Of a DNA stretch of 32,000 bases, positions 9,059 to 17,717 are shown piece after piece. The position numbers were made by a program, and so were the translations under genes. The number at the start of each line of letters is the position of its first letter. Position 1 is the stretch's first letter. Under the pieces are notes generated by a model, which had not been told where the DNA came from, ran no database searches, and saw only the letters and a list, made by a program, of their open reading frames with translations. The stretch is from Pseudomonas sp. GCEP-101 (GTDB taxonomy: Bacteria; Pseudomonadota; Gammaproteobacteria; Pseudomonadales; Pseudomonadaceae), in assembly GCF_025133575.1 (NCBI RefSeq), contig NZ_CP104011.1, positions 3,138,965-3,170,964 on the forward strand, given 5' to 3'.

Positions 9059-9138
9059 GGCACACCTCGAAGGCGGAGTCGTGGGCAGGGGATCAGCGGC
9101 CGGGCGCAGGTCAGGCCCGGTCGTGGCAGGCATAGGAG

Positions 9139-9777
9139 TCAGGCGTTCGGCAGGGCGGGACGGGCGCCACGGCGCAGGCGCACCGCCAGCTTGGCGAGGA
9201 GCTTGAAGGCGATGGCGCTGAAGATCAGGCCGAAGCCCAGTGGGTACCAGGAGCCCAGCGGCAGGCGCTTGTAGAAGGACAGCAGGAACACCAGGGCGAT
9301 GACCCAGGTGCCGGTGCTGTGCAGGCGCTTCCAGGTGCGGGCGCCGAGCCGCTTCACCGCGTAGGGGAACGAGGTGAGGGTCAGCAGGATGATGAACAGG
9401 TAGCCGACCGAGCCGGGGATGTTCGCGGCGGCGCTGCGGCCGTGCCAGAAGGTCTCGGGGAAGAACTTTACGTAGAAGACGATCAGCACGGCGTGCACGG
9501 CGTGGGAGAAGGCAAAGGCCAGGCCGAGAAAGCGCCGCTCGCGCAGCAGGCCGCGGGTGAAGTCGCCCGGCAGCAGCGACGCCAGGGACGAGGCGAGAAA
9601 GGTGGCGAGGAACAGCGCGAAGGAGGTGCGGGCGGTGACGCGGATGGCGCTGCGCAGCGCTTCCACCCACTGCGGCTGGGACCACAGGGCCAGGACGGTG
9701 ACGATCAGCACCAGCAGCGACAGCAGGCAAAACAGGCGCCAGCCATGCAGGCGGGCGGGGTTGGCGGGACGGTTCAT
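9139..9777 (-). CDS. Polytopic membrane protein, tentatively ferric-reductase/MsrQ-like transmembrane domain
   Basis: ATG at 9777 (MNRPANPARLHGW). About six hydrophobic helices with conserved-looking His pairs (FAFSHAVHAV, RLHSTGTW). The family call is tentative. Confidence 0.6.
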   Translation of the reverse strand: MNRPANPARLHGWRLFCLLSLLVLIVTVLALWSQPQWVEALRSAIRVTARTSFALFLATFLASSLASLLPGDFTRGLLRERRFLGLAFAFSHAVHAVLIVFYVKFFPETFWHGRSAAANIPGSVGYLFIILLTLTSFPYAVKRLGARTWKRLHSTGTWVIALVFLLSFYKRLPLGSWYPLGFGLIFSAIAFKLLAKLAVRLRRGARPALPNA

Positions 9778-9901
9778 GGCGGGCTCCTTGGAGGAACGCG
9801 GCGGGCGGGGTGCCGCCGCTGTTCGTGGAGCCATCCTGGGGGCAGGGCTTATCCCGGATGTGTCCGGGGACAGGCGTCTTGTATCGCTCTGTACAAACCG
9901 C

Positions 9902-11212
9902 TCACGGCGCCGGGCGCAACTGCAGCTGCGCGCAGAGCCCGCCGCTGGCGCGGTTGGACAGGGTCAACGTGCCGCCCAGCGCCTGGCTCAGTTGCTGGAC
10001 GATGGCCAGGCCCAGGCCGGTGCCGCCGGTGCTGCGGTTGCGCGAACTTTCCACCCGGTAGAAAGGTTTTACCACTTCGGCGAGCTCGTCCTCGGGGATG
10101 CCCGGGCCGTCGTCCAACACACGCACATACACCGTACCCTGGGTGTCGCGCTCGACCTCCACCTGGGCGGAGCCACCGAACTTCAGGGCGTTGTCCACCA
10201 GGTTGGTGAGCACCCGGCGCAGGGCATGGGGGCGGGTTTCCAGCACCGCGTGGCTGCTGCCCAGCAGTTCCACGGCCTGGCCGCTGTCCTGGTAGTCCAG
10301 CACCAGGCTGTCGAGGAAGGCGTCGAGGTTGACCTTCACCGCCGCCTCGCTGGCGCCGTCCATGCTGCGCGCGTAGGCGACGCCCTCGCGGACCAGGTGC
10401 TGCATTTCCTCCAGGTCGCTCCACAGGCGCTCGCGCTCGGGGGAGTCGTCCATCTGCTCGACGCGCAGCTTCATCCGTGTGATGGGCGTCTGCAGGTCGT
10501 GGGAGATGGCAGCGAGCAGTTGCATGCGCTCCTTGAGGTAGCTGCCGATGCGGCCCTGCAGTGCGTTGAAGGCGCGGGCGGCGTAGGCGACTTCGCTGGG
10601 GCCGCGCTCGTCCAGTTCCGGCGCCGGGGCGTCGGGGTCGAGGTCGTCCACCGCCTGCGCCAGCTGGGTGAGCGGGCGGATGGCCAGGCGCACGGCGATC
10701 CAGGTGCAGAACAGCAACAGCGCCAGCTGGACCAGCAGCACCCACGGCAGCCATTGCGCCACAGGCACGCCCTTGGGCGTCACGTCGATGGTCAGCGGGC
10801 TGCCGTCCTTGAGCGTCAGGTGCACCTGGAAGTGCGGGATGGCGCCGGGGATGTTCTCGAAGCGCAGCGGGTAGCGCGGCCCGACGACGTCGGCAATGGA
10901 CTGGGCGGCCATTGGCGCCTGCGCCATGTTCATCGGCTCGCCCGGCTGGCCTTCGCTGAGCAGGTAGCGGTAGTTGGGGCGCTGCACCATCGGCAGCCAC
11001 GCCTGGCGCTCGTCCCGGGGCAGGCGGTCGAGCAGGGCGACGGCGGTGCTGACGTCGGTCTCCAGGTTGCCCAGCATCATGTTGCGCGCGCTCTGGTAGC
11101 GCTCGTAGAACTGCGAGCAGAACGACAGGCTGTAGGCGAACACCAGCCCGGCGAGGAAGATCAGCGCCAGGCGCGCGGCCAGCGTGCGTGGCCAGTGCAG
11201 GAGGGATTTCAT
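9902..11212 (-). CDS. EnvZ-type sensor histidine kinase (2 TM, HAMP, HisKA, HATPase_c)
   Basis: H-box LLAAISHDLQTPIT, N-box LTNLVDNALKF, G-boxes DDGPGIP and GGTGLGLAIV. The ATGA start overlaps the stop of the upstream regulator gene. Confidence 0.9.
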   Translation of the reverse strand: MKSLLHWPRTLAARLALIFLAGLVFAYSLSFCSQFYERYQSARNMMLGNLETDVSTAVALLDRLPRDERQAWLPMVQRPNYRYLLSEGQPGEPMNMAQAPMAAQSIADVVGPRYPLRFENIPGAIPHFQVHLTLKDGSPLTIDVTPKGVPVAQWLPWVLLVQLALLLFCTWIAVRLAIRPLTQLAQAVDDLDPDAPAPELDERGPSEVAYAARAFNALQGRIGSYLKERMQLLAAISHDLQTPITRMKLRVEQMDDSPERERLWSDLEEMQHLVREGVAYARSMDGASEAAVKVNLDAFLDSLVLDYQDSGQAVELLGSSHAVLETRPHALRRVLTNLVDNALKFGGSAQVEVERDTQGTVYVRVLDDGPGIPEDELAEVVKPFYRVESSRNRSTGGTGLGLAIVQQLSQALGGTLTLSNRASGGLCAQLQLRPAP

Positions 11213-11949
11213 TCGTTCGGCTCGAGCAGTTCGACGGCCAGGGCGAAGACGTAGCCTTCGCTGCGCACCGTCTTGATGTAGGCCGGCTCGCGGGCGTCAT
11301 CCAGCAGGCGCTGGCGCAGGCGGCTGACCAGCAGGTCGATGGAGCGGTCGAAGATGTCCGCCTCGCGACCCTGGGTGAGGTTCAGCAACTGTTCGCGGCT
11401 GAGCACGCGCTGCGGGTGATCGACGAACACGCGCAACAGGCGGTACTCGGCGCCGCTGAGGGCGACCAGGGTGCCGTCTTCGTCGAGCAGGTGGCGCGCG
11501 GTGGTGTCCAGCTTCCAGCGGCCGAAGCCGATCAGCCGGCTCGCCTCGCTGACCTGCAGGTTCGGCGGCAGCATGCGGGTGCGGCGCAGCACGGCGTTGA
11601 TCCGCGCCAGCAGCTCGCGGGCGGAGAAGGGCTTGGTGAGGTAGTCGTCGGCGCCCATTTCCAGGCCGATGATGCGGTCGGTCTCGTCGTTGCGCGCGGT
11701 GAGCATCAGCACCGGGGTGGACTTGTGCTTGCCCACGCGCAGCTCGCGGCACAGCTTCAGGCCATCGTCGCCGGGCATCATGATGTCGAGGACGATCAGG
11801 TCCACCGCGTTGGCGTCGAGAAAGGCGCGCATCTGCCGGCCGTCCGCCGCCAGGCTCACGCGCAGGCCGTTCTTCTTCAGGTAGTTGCCGACCAGCTCGC
11901 GGATCTCGCGGTCGTCGTCGACGATCAGTACGTGATCGACATGGTCCAT
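11209..11949 (-). CDS. OmpR-family response regulator
   Basis: ATG at 11949 (MDHVDHVLIVDDD). Receiver motifs are DLIVLDIMMPGDDG and a conserved K in YLTKPF. The winged-helix C-terminus carries LSGAEYRLLRVF and IKTVRSEGY. Confidence 0.9.
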   Translation of the reverse strand: MDHVDHVLIVDDDREIRELVGNYLKKNGLRVSLAADGRQMRAFLDANAVDLIVLDIMMPGDDGLKLCRELRVGKHKSTPVLMLTARNDETDRIIGLEMGADDYLTKPFSARELLARINAVLRRTRMLPPNLQVSEASRLIGFGRWKLDTTARHLLDEDGTLVALSGAEYRLLRVFVDHPQRVLSREQLLNLTQGREADIFDRSIDLLVSRLRQRLLDDAREPAYIKTVRSEGYVFALAVELLEPNE

Positions 11950-12175
11950 GCCGGTGCCTCGTTCGTAGTGGGTTGAGGCGAGTGTATAGCGCAGCGCCGT
12001 GCTTGCCTGCCGTGCTTTGTATTCCACTGTATCCAACCCCGCCGGCGATACCCGGCGCGGCAAACCCAGGGCCTGCGCGACACAAGCCCGATACCTCCTG
12101 AACGTGAAATGGGCACCAACGGCAAGGCACACAGCCCCCCGCCGATCAAACCCGACACAGGACAGGAGAACCACC

Positions 12176-12448
12176 ATGAAATCCGCTCACATCGCCCAAG
12201 CTTGCCTCTTCGCTGCCATCGCCGCCTTTGCCAGCGTCGGCGCCCAGGCTGCCGACACCCCGCCCGCCGAGCAGTACCACTACGGACAGAAACTGGACGT
12301 GAAGCGCGTCCTGGCCATCCACGAAGAGAACGCCTCGCCGTTCGACTGCGGCATCGTCAACGCCCGCATGGACTACCTGGATTCCCACGGCCAGCCGCAC
12401 AGCCTGGCCTATCGCAAGTTCGCCACCAACTGCAACGAAGGCGGCTGA
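12176..12448 (+). CDS. Small secreted DUF2790-like protein
   Basis: SD aggaga precedes ATG 12176. Signal peptide ends in GAQA. The YHYGQKLDVKRVL ... CGIVNARMDYLDSHGQ pattern is typical of DUF2790. Divergent from the two-component operon. Confidence 0.7.
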   Translation: MKSAHIAQACLFAAIAAFASVGAQAADTPPAEQYHYGQKLDVKRVLAIHEENASPFDCGIVNARMDYLDSHGQPHSLAYRKFATNCNEGG

Positions 12449-12459
12449 TTCCCCTGGGC

Positions 12460-12489
12460 CGCGGCCACGGAACGGCCGCGACGTTTTTT
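12460..12489 (+). terminator. Rho-independent terminator or attenuator after the DUF2790 gene
   Basis: Stem cgcggcc/ggccgcg followed by acgtttttt. Confidence 0.65.
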
Positions 12490-12541
12490 CCCTGGCGCTT
12501 AACCATCGCGACTCCCGGGCCGACGGCCCATCGAGGTGCCC

Positions 12542-13762
12542 ATGTTGCTCATCGCCTTTCTCGGCGGGGCGCTGACCTTGCTCAGCCCCTGCATCCTTCC
12601 CGTCCTGCCGTTGTTGCTGCAGCGCGCCGGCGGCCCGGCGTGGTCGCCCTGGTTCACGCTGCTCGGCCTGGCCAGCGGCTTCGCCGTGCTGGCGAGCCTG
12701 GCGACCGTCTCCAGCAACTGGGTGATCGCCGCCAGCGAATGGGGCCGCTACGTCGCCCTCGTGTTGCTCGCGGTGTCCGCGCTGGCGCTGCTGTGGCCGC
12801 GCTTCAGCGACGTAATGGCCAAGCCCTGGGCGTGGCTCGGTGATCGCCTGCACGGTGAGTCCCGGCGCTTGCCGCCGACTGTTTCCGCGTGGGTACTGGG
12901 CTTCGCTGCCGGCCTGCTGTGGGCGCCGTGCGCCGGGCCGGTGCTGGGGCTGATTCTCTCCGGCGCCATGCTGCAAGGCCCGAGTGCGCAGACCAGCCTG
13001 CTGCTGTTCGCCTACGGCCTGGGCAGCGCGACGGTGCTGGGTGTGGTGCTCTTCGCCGGCCGCCGGCTGATGCAGCACGTGCGCCCGCGCATGGCGGTCA
13101 TCGAGGGGCTGCGCCGCGCTACCGGCCTGCTCGCCCTGCTGGCCGTCGTCGGCATCGCCAGCGGTGCCAGCGCACAACTGGCCGCCGGCCGCTCATCCAC
13201 GCTGGTGAACAGCCTGGAGCGCAAGGTCATCGACGGGGTGCCCGCGCTGATCAGCCAACTGATGCCCGGCGACATGGCACACGGCGCCGAGCGCCTGCCC
13301 GACCTCGGCCCGGCGCCCGAGCTGCAAGGCGCGGTGGAGTGGATCAACAGCCCCGAACTGAACCTGCGCGAGCTGCGCGGCAAGGTCGTGCTGGTCGACT
13401 TCTGGACCTACGACTGCATCAACTGCCAGCACAGCCTGCCGTACGTGAACGCCTGGGCGAAGAAGTACGCGGACCAGGGCCTGGTGGTGATCGGCATACA
13501 CACCCCGGAGTACCCCTACGAACGCGTGCCGGCCAATGTCCGCGAAGCGGTGAAGCGACACGACATCCACTACCCCGTGGCGCTGGACAACCAGTACCGC
13601 CTCTGGAATGCCTTCGCCAACCAGTACTGGCCGGCGCACTACTTCATCGACGCCCAAGGGCGGATTCGCCACCTGTCCATCGGCGAGGGTGGGTATGAGG
13701 AGCAGGAGCAGGTGATCCAGGCGTTGTTGAAGGAGAGGGATCAGGGAAAGGCAGGGGTTTGA
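12542..13762 (+). CDS. DipZ-like thiol-disulfide oxidoreductase (CcdA/DsbD transmembrane domain fused to a thioredoxin-like domain)
   Basis: N-terminal DsbD-type membrane domain with LLSPCILPVLP and LLWAPCAGPVL Cys-Pro motifs. C-terminal redoxin domain with VLVDFWTYDCINCQHSLP (CxxC). ATG 12542 is preferred over GTG 12536 on SD spacing. Confidence 0.85.
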   Translation: MLLIAFLGGALTLLSPCILPVLPLLLQRAGGPAWSPWFTLLGLASGFAVLASLATVSSNWVIAASEWGRYVALVLLAVSALALLWPRFSDVMAKPWAWLGDRLHGESRRLPPTVSAWVLGFAAGLLWAPCAGPVLGLILSGAMLQGPSAQTSLLLFAYGLGSATVLGVVLFAGRRLMQHVRPRMAVIEGLRRATGLLALLAVVGIASGASAQLAAGRSSTLVNSLERKVIDGVPALISQLMPGDMAHGAERLPDLGPAPELQGAVEWINSPELNLRELRGKVVLVDFWTYDCINCQHSLPYVNAWAKKYADQGLVVIGIHTPEYPYERVPANVREAVKRHDIHYPVALDNQYRLWNAFANQYWPAHYFIDAQGRIRHLSIGEGGYEEQEQVIQALLKERDQGKAGV

Positions 13763-13798
13763 ACGAGGGAAAAAAGCCAATCCCGTGACGCTCGATGA

Positions 13799-14167
<369 letters not shown>

Positions 14168-14176
14168 GGATCGAGC

Positions 14177-14524
14177 GTGTCCAGGTTGGTCGTCCGATTT
14201 ACCCACACCGCAGAACAGAGCATCCAGGACCAGGTTCATCACCTGGTTCCGTTCCTGGGGCAGCAGAATGCCCTGGATTCGCTCCTTGAACTGATCGTCG
14301 AGATCGAAGAGAAGCTGCCGCGAGCGCCGGCAGGATATCCTGTCAGCGAGCAAGCGAGCCTGCTGGGCGTATTGCACTTCCGCGAGTTCAACACGGGGCC
14401 GTACCGCGTGTTCTATGAGGTGCATGAACACCTGAGCGAAATCGCCGTCATTCTGGTGCTGCGGCAGAAGCAGAGTGTGCAGCAGCAACTGATTCGTTAC
14501 TGCCTTGTCGGGCCTTTTGAATAG
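14177..14524 (+). CDS. ParE/RelE-superfamily toxin
   Basis: GTG start 6 nt after gagga and 9 nt after the antitoxin stop. 115 aa. The [24 protein letters not shown] pattern is typical of ParE/RelE. Confidence 0.75.
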   Translation: MSRLVVRFTHTAEQSIQDQVHHLVPFLGQQNALDSLLELIVEIEEKLPRAPAGYPVSEQASLLGVLHFREFNTGPYRVFYEVHEHLSEIAVILVLRQKQSVQQQLIRYCLVGPFE

Positions 14525-14528
14525 AGCT

Positions 14529-16376
14529 TCATCCCGCCACCCGATTCCGCCCCTGCCTCTTCGCCTCGTACAACGCCGCATCCGCCCGCCCCACCAGCGC
14601 GTCGGCGGCGCTTTCCTGCCCAGGCACCATTGCCGCCACACCGATGCTCACGCTCACCCGCCCCAGCGGCGAGAACTCATGGGGCAGGGCGAGGGCCTCC
14701 ACCGCCTGCAGCAGCTTGTTCGCCATGCCTTGCACGCCGGCGAGGTCGGTCGTCGGCGCGAGGAAGACGAACTCCTCGCCGCCATAACGCGCCACCAGGT
14801 CGGTGGAGCGGTTCACCGTGGCCGCCAGCGTCTGGGCGATCCGCCGCAGGCAGGCGTCGCCCGCCGGGTGGCCATAGTGATCGTTGTAGCGCTTGAACCA
14901 GTCCACATCGACCACCGCCAGGGCCAGCCACTCGCCCGAGCGGCGCGCACGGCCCCATTCCTGCTCCAGCACGCCGTCGAAGCGGCGGCGGTTGGCGATG
15001 CCGGTCAACGCGTCGGTCAGGCTCATGGCGTGCAACTGGCTGTTCAGCTCGCGCAGCTCGTCGGTGCGCTCGGCCACGCGCAGCTCCAGCTCGTGCTCGG
15101 AGGTGCGCAAGTTGTCCACCAACTGCTGCTGGGTGCGGATCAACTCCTCCTGCACCCGCGCCTTTTCCCGACGCATCACGTTGAAGCGGTCGGCGAGGGC
15201 GAAGGCCAACACGATCATTTCCATCGCCGAGCCCAGTTGCAGGCCATCCACGGTGAACAGGTTGGTCGGCACCAGACCCATGGCCCGTAGCGACGTCATC
15301 GCCCCGCCGAGCATCAGCAACGCAAAGGCCGCGAGAAAGAAGAACGCGCTGCGCTGGCGCTTGAATACGCTGGCCACGGCGCCCGCCAGCAGGATGACCG
15401 CCGTGGCGAAGTTCAGCAGGATGCCGGCGCGGGACACGTACGGCAGGAAGAACGCATAGGCGACGAGGCTGAGCAGATACAGCACGATCATCCCGCGCAG
15501 CACCCAATCCAGGCGCGGCAGGATGCGTTCGAACTGCATCATCCTCCGCGCGAACAACAGCAGCGCCGCCAGTGCCAGCGACACGCCCGAGTAGTAGACG
15601 ATGTTGGCGTTGAGCGGCACGCCGAGGATCGACCAGTCCGGCGCCAGGCCATTCTTGATTGCCAGCGCCGAGGCGGTGCAACTGACGAAGACCACGTAGA
15701 GCAGGTAGATCGGATCGCGCAGCGCGAACAGCAGCATCAGGTTGAACAGGATCATCGCCATGGCGATGCCGAAGTACCACGCCTTGCCCGTGTAATCGTC
15801 GCGCTCGTAGGCGTGGAACGCCTCCACCGGCCACAACTGCAGCGGCACCAGCAAACCGATGCTCGACGCCACCCGCAGGTACACCACCTGCTCCGAATGC
15901 GCCGGCAGGTCCAGCGGAAAGACGAAATTGCGATTCGGGTAGACCTTGCTCGACTGCGGCACATCGCTGCCGGTGTTGATGGTCCGGTACGAGCCGTCCG
16001 CCTGGGTGATGTTCGCCTGCACATGGGATACCCGCGGGTTCTCCACCACCAGCAAACGCTGCAACGGCGCGTCGCTCGGGTTGCTCAGCTGCACCTTCAG
16101 CCAGAACGCCGAACGGGTGAACCCCATCGCCAGCGAACTGCCCGGCGGCTGGCCGCCTTCGAAGCGCGCCTGCTGCTCCGGGGACAGCACGTCTGTCAGC
16201 GTCAGAGCGCGGCTCGGGTCTTCGAGGACTGAAACGTACGTGGTGAGCGTCAGCGGTTGGGTGGTCACGCTGGTGGCATCGACCACCAAGTCGGCCCAGG
16301 CGGGGCGGATCAACAACAGGAAAGCTGCGAGCAGGAGCCAGGACAGGGATTGCCGGTGCAGGGCGGGAGCGGGCAT
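14529..16376 (-). CDS. 7TMR-DISM-type membrane diguanylate cyclase
   Basis: Signal peptide, periplasmic beta-rich domain (FWLKVQLSNPSD, 7TMR-DISMED2-like), seven hydrophobic helices, a coiled coil, then GGDEF with GGEEF and an RSTD I-site. Confidence 0.9.
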   Translation of the reverse strand: MPAPALHRQSLSWLLLAAFLLLIRPAWADLVVDATSVTTQPLTLTTYVSVLEDPSRALTLTDVLSPEQQARFEGGQPPGSSLAMGFTRSAFWLKVQLSNPSDAPLQRLLVVENPRVSHVQANITQADGSYRTINTGSDVPQSSKVYPNRNFVFPLDLPAHSEQVVYLRVASSIGLLVPLQLWPVEAFHAYERDDYTGKAWYFGIAMAMILFNLMLLFALRDPIYLLYVVFVSCTASALAIKNGLAPDWSILGVPLNANIVYYSGVSLALAALLLFARRMMQFERILPRLDWVLRGMIVLYLLSLVAYAFFLPYVSRAGILLNFATAVILLAGAVASVFKRQRSAFFFLAAFALLMLGGAMTSLRAMGLVPTNLFTVDGLQLGSAMEMIVLAFALADRFNVMRREKARVQEELIRTQQQLVDNLRTSEHELELRVAERTDELRELNSQLHAMSLTDALTGIANRRRFDGVLEQEWGRARRSGEWLALAVVDVDWFKRYNDHYGHPAGDACLRRIAQTLAATVNRSTDLVARYGGEEFVFLAPTTDLAGVQGMANKLLQAVEALALPHEFSPLGRVSVSIGVAAMVPGQESAADALVGRADAALYEAKRQGRNRVAG

Positions 16377-16431
16377 GCGGCGAGTCCGAGATGTGAGGAG
16401 ATGGAGATTCTACAAGACGGGATTTGGCAGC

Positions 16432-16480
16432 ACCAAAAACGCAAAAGCCCCCGGCAACTTACGCTGCTGGGGGCTTTTGC
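16432..16480 (-). terminator. Ancestral tRNA-Gly terminator left at the attL side
   Basis: Perfect 12-bp stem gcaaaagccccc/gggggcttttgc, followed on the minus strand by gtttttgg. It lies just downstream (minus sense) of the tRNA 3' fragment. Confidence 0.65.
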
Positions 16481-16485
16481 TTGGA

Positions 16486-16517
16486 TTCTGGAGCGGGCGA
16501 AGGGAATCGAACCCTCG
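16486..16517. repeat. attL: 32-bp direct repeat containing a duplicate of the tRNA-Gly 3' end
   Basis: ttctggagcgggcgaagggaatcgaaccctcg is identical to 30335..30366. Identity breaks on both sides. Confidence 0.85.
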
Positions 16518-16608
16518 AAGATGTAGTGTTAGAGCATCCCAGTGAGTATCGTTAGGGGGAATGCAGCCGCCTGCCATGTTCATTTAATGCCATTGTGTCC
16601 CCTCTATT

Positions 16609-16626
16609 TCGACACTTTTTCGACAC
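16609..16626. repeat. 18-bp motif tcgacactttttcgacac (left arm copy), candidate integrase arm-type site
   Basis: Identical to 30254..30271 and in the same orientation. About 91 bp inside attL. Confidence 0.5.
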
Positions 16627-16646
16627 AGAATCCCGGCCCAACTCGT

Positions 16647-17717
16647 CTATTTGAGTACCAAAATGGGGTGCGCCCGTTCCCTAGGGTGGCCAGGGAAGCT
16701 TGAAAAGCAAATATTGCTATTGGCTGCAGCGCTAGGTCTGGTTGGGCCGTATACGCTTTCCATACTGAAGAAAACAGATTTTTTATCGTTCTCCGCGAAC
16801 CCACTAAATCCATTCTGAATAAGATTGGTAACTGTGGCCTCTTCTCGTTCTGTTCCTAAATAGCATAAGTCTTGGCACATTTGAGCGAGTTGAAGAGCTG
16901 TAGGTCTTTTCTCGGCCTCGTAGGCTAAGCAACTATCTACAATTCTTTGCAGTTCTTCGGACAGCGGTTTGAATTGGGGGTTGGAGGTCATAAATGCCGG
17001 CCACGGTTTTCGATCCTTGGTCTTAACATTAACCGCCGCATCTAGGTATAAACCAAAAGGGTGTTCGCCAGTTAATAGAAGGAACATCATTGCGCCAAGG
17101 GACCAAATGTCTACTGGTTTTTCAGTCCGATCACCTGCCTTTCTGAACATCATTTCAGGAGCCATAAATGGAAGGGCTCCTTTAATTGTTCCTGATGTTG
17201 AGTTGGTGAAGTCCCCCTTTCTATGTGCGTCCTCGAAAACTTCTTCAGTTAAGGTGGCGATACCAAAATCTGTGATCTTTAATTCGTATAAATTCACGCC
17301 GTGGGAGGTGATGATATTGCTTGGTTTTAAGTCTCTATGAATTACACCTGCTCTATGCGATGCCAGTATGCCTTTAGCTAGGTGATGAAGAACGTGTGCT
17401 GCTAAGTGGGGGTCAAGGAATCCAAATTTCTTTAACTTCGCGTCAAGGGTTTCCCCTTCAACAAACTCTTCAATCAAGAAGAATTGCTCGTCTTCTTCGA
17501 TGTAGTCTAATGTCTTTGCAACATTGTGATTGTTGATTTTTGCCGCAATAATAGCGCTGTTCTTGAATCGTTTTTCGGCTTGCCCGGCTTGTGGAGTTTT
17601 TAGCGCGACGTGCATTCCTAGTAGCTTATCGTTTGCGAGATATACATCTTGCATGCCGCCACTGCCGATATGTTTTATTACTTGGTATCTATTAGATATC
17701 AGAAGGTCTTTTTTCAT
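16647..17717 (-). CDS. Hanks-type Ser/Thr protein kinase with a C-terminal cold-shock/OB-like tail
   Basis: Motifs GSGGMQDVY (G-loop), VALK, HRDLKPSN, DFG and FMAPE. SD ggaggt is upstream. The start overlaps the stop of the upstream kinase gene (TAATG). AT-rich. Confidence 0.9.
   Translation of the reverse strand: MKKDLLISNRYQVIKHIGSGGMQDVYLANDKLLGMHVALKTPQAGQAEKRFKNSAIIAAKINNHNVAKTLDYIEEDEQFFLIEEFVEGETLDAKLKKFGFLDPHLAAHVLHHLAKGILASHRAGVIHRDLKPSNIITSHGVNLYELKITDFGIATLTEEVFEDAHRKGDFTNSTSGTIKGALPFMAPEMMFRKAGDRTEKPVDIWSLGAMMFLLLTGEHPFGLYLDAAVNVKTKDRKPWPAFMTSNPQFKPLSEELQRIVDSCLAYEAEKRPTALQLAQMCQDLCYLGTEREEATVTNLIQNGFSGFAENDKKSVFFSMESVYGPTRPSAAANSNICFSSFPGHPRERAHPILVLK

Noticed and set aside
9557-11300. 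565-aa plus-strand and 483-aa minus-strand alternative-frame ORFs over the histidine kinase gene
   Set aside because: The frame 9902..11212 carries the complete H, N and G boxes. The alternatives are Arg/Pro/Ala-rich shadows.
12146-13177. 343-aa minus-strand ORF and plus-strand ORFs 12109..12843 and 12889..13698
   Set aside because: They overlap the DUF2790 and DipZ-like genes, which have a signal peptide, TM helices and CxxC motifs. The alternatives have shadow composition.
16488-16517. Second tRNA-Gly gene
   Set aside because: Only the 3' 30 nt (T-arm half and acceptor 3' strand) are present. It is the att duplication, not a functional tRNA.
14505-16545. Alternative-frame ORFs over the 7TMR-DISM cyclase (14505..15290, 14677..15834, 15813..16232, 15946..16545)
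   Set aside because: Only the 14529..16376 frame gives seven TM helices plus GGEEF.
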